From NCBI RefSeq assembly GCF_009914755.1, contig NC_060929.1: a stretch of DNA of 64,000 nucleotides; one strand, given 5' to 3'. This document shows positions 14,690 through 29,311 of this stretch, one piece after another (the stretch's first letter is position 1; every line of letters starts with the position of its first letter). Below the pieces are notes generated by a model. The model had not been told where the DNA came from. It saw only the letters and a list, made by a program, of their open reading frames with translations, and searched no databases. Origin of the DNA: the human T2T-CHM13v2.0 reference genome, Homo sapiens. A program made the position numbers and the translations under genes.

Positions 14690-17600
14690 GTAATGTGAAA
14701 ACTAAAGTACACATATTTATTTTAAAACATTTGTCATATTTGCTAATAAATTGATAAGGAACAAAGAACGCCTGAATCTACTTAAAAGAACCTTAATCTC
14801 AAATGAAGTAAAATATATAAACAATCAGCAAAATTCTTATTAACTTGTAGAAATGTAATTTATTTCATGCAAAGCTACATTCTTTCCTATATTTTAACAG
14901 CTAATCAAATAAACATTTCAAAAAATTCATTACATCACAATAAGTTAAAATACTACAAAGGAACTGCAAGTCAATCAATTTATCAAAACCAAACTGAGCG
15001 AACACTATGCATAGATAAGGCCAAAGTTACTAATTTGCTTATAGGTAGCACTTTGCAGCTTTTTCCAAGTACATATTTGAAAATGTAGTGAGAATCTACA
15101 GAGAAAAAAAATAGTTTAATCTACAACCCAATGATCAGATAGTAAAACATTTGTCATTACATATCAGGTGGCAATGGCTAACTAAAGATAAACTTGGCAT
15201 CATGCACCAAAAATGACCACAGTAACATTTTGAAAAATTATGATCATATGCACATTTGAAAAGATTAATTTTCTATTTCACCTAATCAACTGAATTGGAT
15301 AAAGGCAAAATAACAAGTATTTTATTAATGCAATGCAGAAATTAGGTTTTTGGTATATTAATAATTTGCTTGTGTATTGGTATATATAAAAATCACTGAC
15401 GGGATCTAGGAGTATTTCAAGCTCACACTGGACTACTGAACTTTAGAATACTGTCCTAAGGAAATAGGTCTGGGCAGAACTTATTTGAGATACATTTTAA
15501 AACTATTTAAAAGCAATACTACAATTAGTTACTTACAAAAACATTTATAAAAATTAAATATCAGAAAGTGAGAACATCAATATTAGAGCTCTGTTGTATC
15601 ATTCAATGTTATAATTTATAAATACATATTAATTTAAAACACAGGTCCACATATTTTCTACCTTCTAAAATAAGAAAAATCCTTCGAGTTGTTTTCAAAA
15701 TATGAACAAAAACAAATCCATTGGATTGCTTTTAAAAAATATATACACAGTCTCTCCCCTACAACTTGGTATGCTAAGTACGGAAGATGCTTGCCAGCAT
15801 TGTTGAGAAATGCAGTTCCAAATTAGTAGGCTAATAACATTTATGTCAATATCAACTCTAAATGGTGTTGTACAGTCAGTTTAAATAAATTATGATTTTA
15901 CCCTACATATGTCTGCAATAGTAAATCATTCTTTCTTCTCTTTTGAACTAAGTACAGTAAAATTCTTTCACAAAATAATCTGAGATCAAGATAACCAAAA
16001 AAGGAAATATTTTCAGTGAAAAAAAGTTAATTTTTCCCAAGGAGTGTGTAAAAAATAAATGTCTTTTAGGATATTGATGAGAAGAGGAACATGCCAATAT
16101 CCTTGCTTTATTAACAGATTTAAAATTTACAGTGAGTCCTCAATTGACCTCAATGGACCAATGGCTTGGTACAGAAGGAATCAGAGGCGAGGACATGTTC
16201 CTGCTGCAGTGGGAAGTAAGACAGAGCAGGACTACGGCCTGCCCTACTGGAGGAAATTGCTCCTAGGGCCTTGTCTCCAGGAGTTGGGAAAGGGGAAAGA
16301 AAACATTGCCCAGTCTTCCAAGTCTCTGGGCAAAAAGTCACTGAGTTGGAAAGAAGTACCTCATACAGATGGGAATTCATATTTTAGAAGGCCTTCTGTA
16401 ACCTTCTTATATTGTTTCAACGCTCCTAAGAAAAGTTTTGATGATGTATGTTATTAATTCCTTTTCATAAAAAGATGTCTCAAGAATCTAAATAAATCTT
16501 AAATTTTGGGGGGGAAATCTATTTTTATGTAAAAATATTACACTGAAAACAATTTATTTACTGATGTGTCCTCTTTAGTGACCTAAAAGATACACTGAGC
16601 CAGCATACTTTACATTTGTATTCAGATGTTGCTTAGTTGTCTAGCAAAATCTGTTTGACTACTTTAGGTACAATATTGCTATTTCAAGTAGTGGGATTTG
16701 TAGTCAGAACTAGTTCCTTCTGAGCGTACCACTCATCAAAAACAACTCTGTACACAAAACAGAAGGAAAATCTTTCAGCACATTAAAAGTCATGCTATAA
16801 ACATAGGCCTCAGAAAGGAAGAAAGGTATAAAGGAATGAGAGAGGACATAAGAAAAGAAAGACAAAACCCTAAATCCACTTACTTCTTAACATTTAGAAT
16901 TCAATACAATCCATTACATTTGATGATTCAAGTACGCTAAGATTTTTCAGGGACATATTTTGTCGCTTAGTGCAAATATACTTGTAATTTTTAGGCATAA
17001 TCCACTCAAATCACAAGTAAGAAACTCACCTTACTAAACAGGTGAATTATAATATGGAGAGTTTATTTTTTCTCTAATATGGTAATCAGCACACCAGCAA
17101 GAACATTCCCTAAACCTATTAATAAGAATGAGGTTTGTAACTGAATGTAAATTAAATTGCTCCATTAATATGCTAAAATATACTTTTAAAAAACCACACA
17201 CATTGACTTTCCTATGCTAATTTAATTTGGGCATACATGCAGCTTAAATTTCAGAACTGATCATCTAATCAAATAGTAGTCCAAAAAAATCAACTGGCAG
17301 AATGTTTTTTTGAATGTCTGGATTGTCAAATTTTCTGATCTATTCTTTATAAAGGGAAAACCCTTGAATCTTTTGATTTAGTTCTTACCATTTCTGTGAA
17401 ATGAGGGCCTCTTATGCAATGAGATTATTCAAAAGCCCTTGTATTCATTTGGTAAGAGAGCAAATTTTAATAATTAAACTTATTCTTTCTTTTGTTTTTT
17501 ACAAAAATGCTCTATTGATAACAAGTTATTTATGTTGTAAAAGAAGTTAATTAGTAATTTAGAGGTGATTCATTAAATTAATAGATTATTATTATTTTCT

Positions 17601-20329
17601 ACAATAGTTATTCTGAATTACTGGCTTACTGAATATTCTTACCTAACAACTATTTAAAGAATAATTTGGAAAATTTTAAACTAATACTTATTATCAAGTA
17701 ATAAAGTCATCAAAAATTACCAGAAATAATTCTTTAAGAAATGTACTTTGCATGTAAAGTATATGTATTTAGTAGTCCTATTTTGCAGTAGATGTCATTA
17801 TATTTCAATAAGCTTCTCAAAAGAGAAAACTTCTACCCATTACAGTTTTTTACACAGGGTGGCTTGACAAATATTAACTTGGTTCCCCAGCAATAAACTG
17901 AGTCTTCCAGGGTCAAGTCATTGCCTTCTGAACTCAAATTTATCCAACAAAATAACATTTTTATATGATTGTATATAACATTCTGTAAGACAAATTCTGC
18001 TTAAAGTTGAATATTCTGAATCACTGAAACAACCAAATATTTTAAATATAACTTGAAAGTCATAAAGGAATCTATACTGGTTGTGAAGTGTATGCACGTA
18101 TACACTTCAATTATTATAACCATAAAAAATTTAATACTAAAGGAAAGTGGTAACATTACCTTACACGTTCCTACCAATTTATCTTAGGGCATTATAAAAG
18201 TTAGTTATAAAAGTAATTGGCTAATTTCTTTTCCTTTTCTGCTTCTGTTTCAACAACAGCATCTTAATTTCATGACAAAACCTGATGAGAAACATTATAC
18301 TTAAGAAATTATTCCAAAGTAAACCCAAAGACTAAATAAAACAACACTACTTTCACAGGACTTTTGATGAATTAGTCCAAAAGCGTTTTTGCTTTAAGTA
18401 CTTGTAAACTTTTCTGTAATAATAAGAAACTGGACCCATTTCTGGGATGATCATTTCCCCATCCAATACCTTCAAGTATCACTAGGAAAAATAGCACAGT
18501 TATAAACTCCAGTACATAAACACCAATTCAACTTCCTCACAATGGCTTTGTAAGGTAGATCAGCAGGTAAATAGCAAGTATCATCTTCATTCTGCAAATG
18601 AAAGTGCAGAATGAAGCACTTGAGGCACTGAAGAGCTACATGATTTGCCAAAGGTATTCAATTAGTCAATCATTAAATTACAAAGAGGATCAAATTATCT
18701 CTGCTCCTGGCTTATTGCTTTCTGGCCACACTTCACATGAAAAGACTGTATGTGTGTGTTCTTAAGTGTAGTCTATATGACCTTCAATTCAGAGTAAGTC
18801 TATCCACTGATAATTATTTTAAAAGGGATCTAATTGCAAAGATCATAAAAACTCAAAGATCAAAATTTTCAGATAATGAGGATGATGCTCTATTCCTTTC
18901 AATATCTGCATAGAGCTGTGTTTTAAAAAAAAACTTACATGATAATATTTATTAAAAATAAAAATAAAAATTTTAAATTTATGTCTTGGGGAAAGATTAA
19001 CTTCAAGTTAGGGGAACCATATAATTCATCTTCAAACTGGGTGGGATACTTGAGGGTGAAAGTAATCACTAGTAATAAACAGGATACTAGGTGTTACACT
19101 GAGACTGTATTAGGCAAGCTGAAGTATGGTCACCAAATGTAGCATGGATTCAGTAAGAGTTGCAAATATTCTAGGGACATAAGAAAACTCTCTGCAAGCA
19201 TGCTGCAATCAAACATGTTCACTTTTCAATAAAACACTAGTGCTTTAAAATATAATACATAAATTTATCTTAAACACAAAGGTTAAAAACAGTCTATTTA
19301 GTAAGAATGTTTAACCAACAAGTTATTACACATTTCCATTCTAATATAGTTTTGTTTTCTATAAACCACGATTTAAGTATCAGTAATAACAGTAAATGGA
19401 TTCACTTTTTACCTTTGAATAACCAGTTTTTTTCTCAAAAAGTATAAGCAGGTACCTTTAAATACTGAAGGATTTTGTTGGACTCTTTGACTACTTAAAA
19501 AAAAACTATTTTTCATTAATGCCTAGGATTTATCCTTGAATATCATAATCAACATTTAAATCAATATGTTAAATGATAAATGTGAACATAGCTTTCTGAA
19601 ATGAAAATCTTTTATAAAGCAATACCAGAAGCATAAAAAAATCCAGTTACTACAAAGACTGAAGGAATACTATATCACCTGATTATAGTACACATGCTAA
19701 ATACACAGACACGCATCACTTGAAGTATAATCTTAATCTTATACATGCAAAAATCCCCCACGAGTTTGCAAACAGATTTGAAAAAGCACTTTTTACATTC
19801 AGTTATGTCTAGTAAGTAAGCCTTGTTTTAAGACACGAGTTTTATGAATACAGTTATTATTTGAGGTCTCCATTCACTTACATTTCTTTGGGAAATACAG
19901 GTTGAATATACTTTTTAGAAGTAACAAAAATGTAAGTCACAATAACAAAACTGTATATAATATTATTTAGTATGACTTATGGCTTCCTTGAATCTTTAAA
20001 ATAACTCTCTTGAAAAAAAATTAATCTGAAACAAACTGAACTGCATGTTCTTAACATATGTTGATCTTTCTTAAAGTCCTTCCACTATAACTGTATTTCT
20101 AAGGCAGATGCTTAGGAAATGATATGTAATAAATCTTGTTGAAAAAGGTGATACTCTATTCAATGCACATTAAACTATTATTCCTAAGATATAATTAATT
20201 CTCAGTGCCTTTTTTGTTATCTTGACACTTTTCACTGTGTATAGAGGAAATTCTAGGGTACACAGATGTTCATCAAGACTGAACTGATGTGTTGACCTTG
20301 GTTAGTGGTCCCACAAACTTTTTCAGACT
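14690..20329 (-). other. LMBRD2: LMBRD2 long 3'UTR (~5.6 kb; 3' end approximate)
   Basis: AT-rich, Alu-free unique sequence continuing from the stop codon to a poly(A) signal; L1-derived sequence resumes just beyond it. Confidence 0.7.
14716..14721 (-). terminator. Probable distal polyadenylation signal AATAAA
   Basis: Minus strand reads AATAAATATGTGTACTTTAGTTTTCACATTACTTTTTCTTATGTTTG: hexamer, CA about 18 nt downstream, then a U/GU-rich element. Confidence 0.65.
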
Positions 20330-20503
<174 letters not shown>

Positions 20504-20789
20504 CTAGTCAGTAGCTGAAAGCAGAAACTTACCCTCCAAGTATATTATCCAAAAGGACTTAATTATAAATCAACCAGCAACGGTTTTAGACCCTAGAATA
20601 TATGCATGACAGAGTGAGAGATGTAAAAAGAAGGGGGCAGGGGATGTAAGACACATCTGGGAGATTAATCAATTCAATAACCACTCTCAATTGTTGCAAA
20701 TAAATATAACCTAGGTTTTTACTGCATATAGGCAATACTATAGTAAACATTTTCGTGCACATGATATTTTGCTTTTATTTAATTATGTG

Positions 20790-21000
20790 CTTATAGCATA
20801 ATGGCTAAAAGTACAGACTCTGTAGCCAGAATACTGGACTTTGAATGCCTGACTTGCCATTTACAAGTTGTGTGACTCTGGGCACTTTACTGAGCCTCTC
20901 TGGATTTAAATCCAGCTGAATTTGCAACCATACAATTACAATATTTTTGCTAAAGGACTTAGAATAGTGTCTGGCATCTAGACACTGCTATGCAGCAGTT
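20790..21000 (+). mobile_element. MIR
   Basis: MIR core-like tgtgtgactctgggcactttactgagcctctctg ... cttagaatagtgtctggca. Confidence 0.65.
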
Positions 21001-21350
21001 ACTAAATATAATAAATTTCACAAATGGGACAATCAGAAATAGGCATATAAATATTGTTGTGATCCTTTGCTATATATTTCAATTATTCTTTCTTATTTAT
21101 AATACCACTAGTATTGTATGAAGATAACAATTTTAGTTACCATTACTGGATGATATAAAAGCATTAGAAAGTCTAAAAAGGTATCAAAAGTTACTTAATA
21201 TATTTTTTATTGTTAGTGAAAATGAACATTTTCCTTTACTTATCACTTGTTTACTTTCACCTTTACTTACTTATTTTCAATCTTGTCAAGTCAATGTGTT
21301 ATTAAAAGTGTAGAGGAATGCTAGAGCTAAAATGTCACAGCCAGAACTTA

Positions 21351-21542
<192 letters not shown>

Positions 21543-21920
21543 CTATGGAGGTACAGAAAGAAAAATCAAAATTCCAAGGAATCTGAAGACAAAGAACATA
21601 AGAAAAGATAACTACATGGTTCCTTAAAATCAGATTAAAATTATAAGCAGTATAATAGAATATAGCAAGGAAAAGTTCTCTAGGCTTGTAGTTAGCTAAG
21701 AAGCTCTCTAAGCTCAGAAGCAGACACAGTGCAAACATTTCATTAGTGTAACTCAGAATTAACATTTAACTATGGTATCACAATGGTGAAACTGTTTATT
21801 AACAAAAGTAGTTTGAGTTGGTTTTACAGTAAACCTCATTTCTTGGCTAGGACTTTAATGTGTAATCAGCTCAAACTCTTAAAAAAAGGTGTGTCTTTTT
21901 ACCATAAGGCAAGAGTATGG

Positions 21921-22114
21921 GTAGCACTAGCCAACATCGGCACTAGCCGATATTTAATTAGAAATTTTCTAGTAGCTATATTAAAAAGTAAAAAGAAACA
22001 AGTGAAATTAATTTTAATATATTTAAACACAATATATCCAAAATATTACCATTTCAACATGTTGCAAGTGCTCAATAGCCACGTGTGGCTAATGATTATC
22101 ATACCAGACAGCAG
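21921..22114 (+). mobile_element. MER3-like hAT-Charlie element
   Basis: aaattttctagtagctatattaaaaagtaaaaagaaacaagtgaa...gtgctcaatagccacgtgtggcta. Confidence 0.7.
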
Positions 22115-22779
22115 ATAAAGAAAACTAACTCTCCCTTCTCTATGTGGATAGGGATTTCTATATAAACAAACCAAATTTTCACAATGTTGTTCAGAGGAGT
22201 CCAAGTAGATTTACAACAGCTTTATGCTATAGTTCTTTCTGAAAACTTAATGCAAGCCAATTCTATCATATTTACATTTTTGTAAGCTTGGACTCTGTCC
22301 CAAATGCAAATCTCTTCATCTTTTCTCTCACTCATTCAGCAAATCGCAATTGCCCAATACATGCTAGATTCTCTCTAATTCATCATCCTATGACTTTGTG
22401 ACTCCTCTTCTTTTAAGCACTCTCCCGTCTTGCCAGGTCTTTCTATTCTGTAAACTTCTTCCACTCTATGGTAAGCAAGCATCCAAATCCCTTTACAGAA
22501 TCCTATTTCCTAGTTTTAACTAAGCCTTTAGCCCTTTCCTATTTATTATACCCTAAAGTCCTTCAAATAAATCCTTTTCTCTTCATCTCCAGGACAACTG
22601 CCTTATTTTAGACCATAATCATTTCTTGACTGTATTACCAAACAGTCTCTGAAATGGTTTCTAGTCTCACTTCCCCAAGAATTATGCTTTATACTGCCAT
22701 CAAATTCATCTTTCTAAACCAAAAATCTTATCATGCTTCTTCCCAGATTGAAATCTTACCTTTAGGTCAAAATCCCAAC

Positions 22780-23078
22780 TTTTTTTTCTTTCTTTTTTTT
22801 TTTTTTTTTTTTTTGATGGAGTCTTGCTCTGTTGCCCAGGCTGGAGTGCAGTGACATGATCTCGGCTCACTACAACCTCCTCCTCCTGAGTTCAAGTAAT
22901 TCTCCCATTTCAGCCTCCTGAGTAGCTGGGATTACAGGTGCATACCACCATGCCCAGCTACTTTTTGTATTTTTAGTAGAGATGGCGTTTCACCATGTTG
23001 GCCAGGCTGGTCTCGAACTCCTAACCTTAGGTGATCCACCCACCTCAGCTTCACAGGCATAAGCCACCGCGCCTGGCC
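22780..23078 (-). mobile_element. AluS with a small left-arm deletion
   Basis: Poly-T followed by reverse Alu; TSD-like caaatcc(c/a)aac. Confidence 0.94.
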
Positions 23079-24813
23079 CCAAATCCAAACATTGGAGAAT
23101 GACAATATCTGTTCCCCAACTACTCTGTGGCCTCCTCTCTTATTAGCCTCCCCATGCTTAGGCTTTAGTTAGAGAAAAACATGCATTTTCCCAAAGGTTC
23201 TCTCATGCCACAACGTCCTGCACTTAGTCTCCCTTCTAATTAAAATACCCTTCACCTGGCTAGGTACTATTCCTTCTTAAATACTCAGCTAAACATGTCC
23301 TTATTACAGAAATATTTCTTCATTATAAAAACTCTTTCCTAAGATAAGCCCTCTTTTTCAATCCCCAAGCTGAATTCCTTCTGCATCTGGTGTGCATCCT
23401 TCTATCAGAGCTGTCATGAGAAATCTACAATATCATACATAGTCTGTAATTAAAATATTTTTAACATTTCTATTTAGCTCTTTTGTATAGTTTCCATCTC
23501 TCTGGTGAAATTCCCCCCTATCTGTTCATGCACATTGTCCAACCTTTCCATCAGATCATTTAACATATCAATTGGTTATTTCAAAGTCACTGCACTGTCT
23601 GATAATTTCAACATTTGAGCCACCTCTGGGTCTGGTTATGTTCACTATTTTATGTTTTGAAAATGGCTCATATTATCTTACTTTCTTGTATATCTCATAA
23701 TTTTGGGTTAAAAGCTAGACATTATGTGTAAAAGAAGGAAAAGATGGAGAGAAATCATAGTTTTATGCCCAGAATGGGCACACCTCTTCTATTAGATCAT
23801 CATTGCTGATGGCTTGAATCACTCAACCTATAGTTGATCTGAGTTTGGATTTGGTTGTTGCTTTAGTTTCCTTAAGTCCCCAAAGACTTCACATTTCTCT
23901 AGTAATGAAATCCTATGACCTTGTACTTAGTAGGGCCTCAAGTGTCAGATGGTTTCTCTCAGTATTCTTTTTCCACTCTCAGATTTCAGTAGTCCCTGCA
24001 TGGATATGGATATGCCACAGAGGGAGTCTTCTCCATGTTTCTATTCCTCCTCCAACAATTGACTACTATGGCTTGGTGCTCAGTGCAAAACTTGTAGCTG
24101 AGTGGGTGAGAGTGCTCAGTTTTTCTCCTCCATCCTCAGTCTTAAACCCTGTGTACTGAAGCCTCAGTGGTGGAGCTTTTCAGCAATCTTGCATCTCTCC
24201 CAAAAACAGCCTCTTCCTTCTACTCAGTTCAAGGTCCTAGGCAAAAACTGGTTTCTTGGCACCTCCTAAATAGCTTCTGCATCATGTCAGTGTGGGGTCA
24301 GTGATACAAAGTTTCCTAACCCACCCTGGTAGCAGATGGCTTCTGTCTGGTATCAGTCCCTCACTCAATTATGAGCATCCTGAGGACAAGAAATATACCT
24401 TCTTTGTATTGCTGTATACCTGGGAATATGCCTAACTTATATGGGTCAGTCAATAAATTATTATAAAAATGACCAAATAACCTACACCTACTAATAGGAA
24501 AGAAAAACATCAAGGTAAGTTGTAGAAATAAACACCTGCCTAGAACATACCTGGGATAAGTGCTTACATTATTTAGGGTTAGTATACTTAGAACTATTCA
24601 TTTGATGCCCCAGTTTCTCCTTTCCCTACCACAGTACATATTTGAGCTTCCCCATCCTTCTATATACTGAGGAATGCAGAAAAAAAAGAAGTCACTGCAA
24701 ATATACCATTTATAATTCTACAAAGGCATTTCTGGATGTGTGTATTCTAACACTCAATCTCTATGCAAGAAAGCATAAGAAAACAATTTCCAAGTGAACT
24801 AGAAGATAAACTA

Positions 24814-24924
<111 letters not shown>

Positions 24925-26229
24925 CTAGAAAAGAAGCACAAATAATCATATAATAGAACAGAAAATAATTCATTAATGTCAAGAGATTACATATGCAATA
25001 TAATTTATTTTCATCAGAGATTCATTAGTAATCAATATAATTATCCTAGTATCTTTAAAAATCATAGGTCAATGTTTTTATTTTTACATGATTTATTGAA
25101 GTCACAGTCTCTATAAACTTCAACTTTTACAAATGACATAGAGATATTTTTGCTAACTTTGGTTGTTACTCATCTATCTAAATTGTAAAACAATATTACT
25201 ACAAGCTTACTTTGACCATGTAAAAGTTAAGAGAACCCATAATGACTAACAGACGTTAACAAGATTTTCTTTCACTCAAATAAACTACAAATATTAGAGA
25301 GCCAAAAAGTCAACAGTTAAAGTTGTATACAAACATAATTAGCCTATGACTCACACGGCATTGTGTGTTATCTTAAATGCAGTCAAACCATATTAACTGG
25401 ATTCTACTCATTAAATTCTTAGAATTGAAAGGGACATTAGAAGTCACCTAATGCAACTTTCCATGCAGTGCAGGGTCTCATTCTAAAACATCCTTGCCAG
25501 ATGCTTTTTGGCTCTCTGACTAGATAGCATGTAATTTCCTATGTCCGAGAAGCCTATTGCAATTCTGGTAAATTGTGTAATTTAGAAATTCCCATAGAGA
25601 AGAGAAATCTATCTCTAGTAACTTCTACTCTTTGGTTCTAGTTCTGCATTCTAAAATAAAGAAGATACACATATATGAAGATACACAAAGACAACTATTA
25701 AGTTTCCTGTTAGTTTTTACTTTGCCAGTATATACACCCATTTGTTAAAAAAATGTGTGGTAATTATAATTAGATTTTACTCATTTTTTGCCTTTTCATT
25801 TTCTTCAGGAGGGTAGTTTGCCTCAGAAAATGGAGGCTTAAAGAAAAATTAAGGAGGAATAAAATTAATGTCACAGCACCAAAAAAAGAGAAACAATTTT
25901 AAAGCAATCAAAACCACTTTAATAGCAAGAATACACAAATTTATGTATTTATTCATTCGACAAATATTCATGGAGCACCTACTTTAGCAAGAAGCTGCTC
26001 GATGCTAAACACAAAGAAATTTATTACTAATGACTTTTAGAACAGGTCTGTCAGGATACTTAGCGTATATACCTGAAAGTATTAAAATTCCCTTTCTTTA
26101 AAAATATATCTTATAACATTTTTCCACTGTTTTTTTCTGTCTTTAGCTAATTATTCCAAATTAGTAAGATTCTTAAGAAATTAAATTTCAAATTAATCTT
26201 CAGATTACAGAAATTAATACTGTACTTAC

Positions 26230-26276
26230 TCTTCTTCGATTTTCACCTTCTTCTTGCCTTTGCCTTTTTCTCTTCT
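26230..26276 (-). CDS. LMBRD2: LMBRD2 coding exon 14 (EKRKRQRQEEGENRRR), small purine-rich exon
   Basis: 47 nt; ctttag| acceptor, AGA|gtaagt donor; phases 1/0 fit neighbours. Confidence 0.93.
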
Positions 26277-27439
26277 CTAAAGACAGAAAAATGATCTCAA
26301 ATATGGCATAACATGGTTTAATCAGACATAGTGCAACTGAAGTAAAGATAGCGGGCAATGACCAGTATTTCTTTTAAATTATCACAAAATCAAATGTTAT
26401 AGGTTATTGCTGGAAGGAATTTGAGAGGTTACCTTACTCAGTAGTGAATGCCTTCTCTATTTTTGTTGCAGATGGCCCTGTAGTCTCCGCTTAAATAACT
26501 TTAGGGAAGAAAGATTTCTTTCTCACAATGACCTGAAATTTGTTTCTCTGTAAATTCTATTCTTTTATTCCTGTCTTCTAAGTTAAGTTCATACTTCTTT
26601 TCTTTCTGTATGAGTCGCTTTCCTTGTTACTCTCTTTAGGTTACAGACAAGATGTTTTCACTTTTTTTCCCCCAGGATATGCCCTACAGACTCACAATTC
26701 TAGCTGTCCTTCTCTAAATACCTTCTAATTTATCAGTCTTATTCTTAAAAATCTTACCCAGGACTGGATGTGCTATGCCATATGAGGTCTAATAGGAGAG
26801 CACGTGAAGGCTACACTGGCTTATTTTGGAGCTGCAATACATTTTGTCTTACATTCAACTCATAATTACACAAAAGCCCCAGACTCAAGTAGGGAGAATG
26901 TCCAAGAACCAATGTCCCAAAAGTCAAGTTTTTTTCCCTCCATGCTATCATCACTTTGAACATCAGTAAATTTAATACACTCAGTTTTGTGATTTGATTC
27001 TACTAGAGTACCATGTATTCTAACAGGCTGTTAATGATCACGTTCTAAAAAAGTAGCCTTTGTTTGAATGATTTCCCATGCAGTATCAAACCGATGATTC
27101 TTTAAATTAATGAGTTTTATAGTTGTACAGAGCTTCGCAAATATGTTTCAAGGTAAACATGAAAATGATTCCAAGACCATACAAGGGTGTTATCTCGCTG
27201 CAGACATACTAATAATTTAAGCTTCAGAATTTCTTAAAGACCGATAAAACAATTATTCATGTTTTCAAATTATTTTTGCTAGAAAGGCCATTGTACATTT
27301 TTAGCTAAAAATGTGCATTAATTCATAATTTCTTAGAATAGATTAAAAATTATTCACAAACTACACAAATATTAATTTTGTATTTTGAGTCTTAGCACTT
27401 AGTATTTTCCCTTCATTTATTTTAAAAGACAAATCTTAC

Positions 27440-27543
27440 CTTTTCTGATTAATTCTTTTCCTTCATTAACTAAGTCTGATGTCATATCATCATCTCCCAT
27501 AAACTGCTGGAAACCGAGCAGATTCAAACAACGGGTTCCCAAA
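27440..27543 (-). CDS. LMBRD2: LMBRD2 coding exon 13 ([14 protein letters not shown]...ELIRK)
   Basis: 104 nt; attag| acceptor, G|gtaaga donor. Confidence 0.95.
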
Positions 27544-29311
27544 CTAATAAAAGCAGATTTTTTAAAAAGACAAACATTATTTCACATTGTAAATATTTAG
27601 ATGAATTGTTCTTTAGCATTGTCACTCCAAAAGAAGACTATGCTTCATTATCTGTTATCATATAGTTATCTACTGTCACATCTGACATGCTTCAGGAAGT
27701 ACCACTTATCTCCCTTTCTAAGAAGTGTATGCCCTGTACTTCACTGATTAGGGTATGCACTATATTCAGGTTTCTTATAGATGTCAGTTAAGTCAAGTTA
27801 TCAGCATACCTTCAGAAAACAATTATACCAAGATGCTAAAATGATAACTGTAATAATGTAAGAGCAATTTTTTTCCTCTGATCTAGTTAACTATTTAAAT
27901 AGCTTTTATACACTACAAATTGATTACTATATCTTATCTGAAGACTACTACCTTATATCTTATTTGCTATTTACTTTAAATTTGATTGTTGTACAAGACA
28001 AGAATACTGAAAATATGGAACACAAGGAAGGAAATGATAGGTGAATAAGCAGGATTAATATTTCTTAAGATCCAACTATACATCAGATAATTTACAGATG
28101 CCTTCTTATTTAATTTTAACTATCACTCTAAGAGATAAATATCACTTTACAGATAAGAAAACAGGCCTAAGGGGTTAAATACTTTGCTAAAGATCCCTTA
28201 ATAAATGACAGACCTAGAATTTAAATCCCAGAGAAAATAAAAACCAAGCAGCTCTTTTTATTATATTAGTTCTCAAACTTTTTCAATGATGTACTTCTAC
28301 ACAGAGAGGGAGGAAGAGGAGGAGAAAGTGGTGAAGGAGAGAGAGAGAGAGAGAGACGAAGGGAAAACAGGAAAGCAATTTAGAAAAAGTGAAGATCTCC
28401 ATTCCATTTTGCAGTAAAAATGTGTAAATATCTAGCTAATCCATAATATATCTACTTGTTTCATTCATATAAAAATGTTTTTTATGCATTACCATTGGGT
28501 AAAATTGGGGTTTTGTAGATGATCATGTTAATTCTCTGACTTCAAACATTTCCTTACCATCTTCATATCCTTATGGGAGTACTATACTCCGGGATGAGAA
28601 GCTCAGAATTAGATCACTGTCTCTGGGAAAGTTTTCTCTTTGTCTGAAGTATCAGGAAACAACTTATGCTCTCTAGGCAGGTAGGTCTGAATATTAACTC
28701 TGGGTGTGGCTGTGTTGCTAATAGTGTGGGAATTAGACTAATTATGGCAGCATTTCAAATGAAAATGAACTTATCAAGTTAACCTATCATTGAAATGTCA
28801 GTAAGGCATTGCTTCAGGTGTTTCTATAACAGAAGATCTATTTTGTGAGTTAATCCGAAAATTAAGGAATACAACCTTTTTTTTCCCTTAAAGATAAAAT
28901 GGCACTCAAAGTTTATCCTGATTAACTCTAGAAAGACACTTTTAATGATTATCTTAACAATTTTGCTTTCGGACATAGTGATTCCTTATAGCTAAGATTT
29001 TATAGTTGACAGAGCACTATTCTGCCCCATATCACTTGATCTATATAACCATCTAATAAGGTAAGAAGAAATGCTAATCTTGCCAGCATAACTGTAACAT
29101 TAAAAAAATTTATACAAGTTCTTAATGTTCCACTTTATTAACTTTTCAAATGATTAAGCACATAATAAAAACATAGTTTTAGGCACACAAAGTATGACTA
29201 GTCTCTTCTTTTAATACATCATTTTCACACTGTAGATCTGTTACTGTCTCCACCTAAAGAAAACACTAAAAATATCAGATTTGCTATCAGTTCATATTAA
29301 AAGTATTATTT

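Noticed and set aside
16059-16457. 132-aa + strand ORF antisense to the 3'UTR
   Set aside because: No recognisable domain and no supporting splice or promoter structure; the length is compatible with chance in a locally GC-richer patch.
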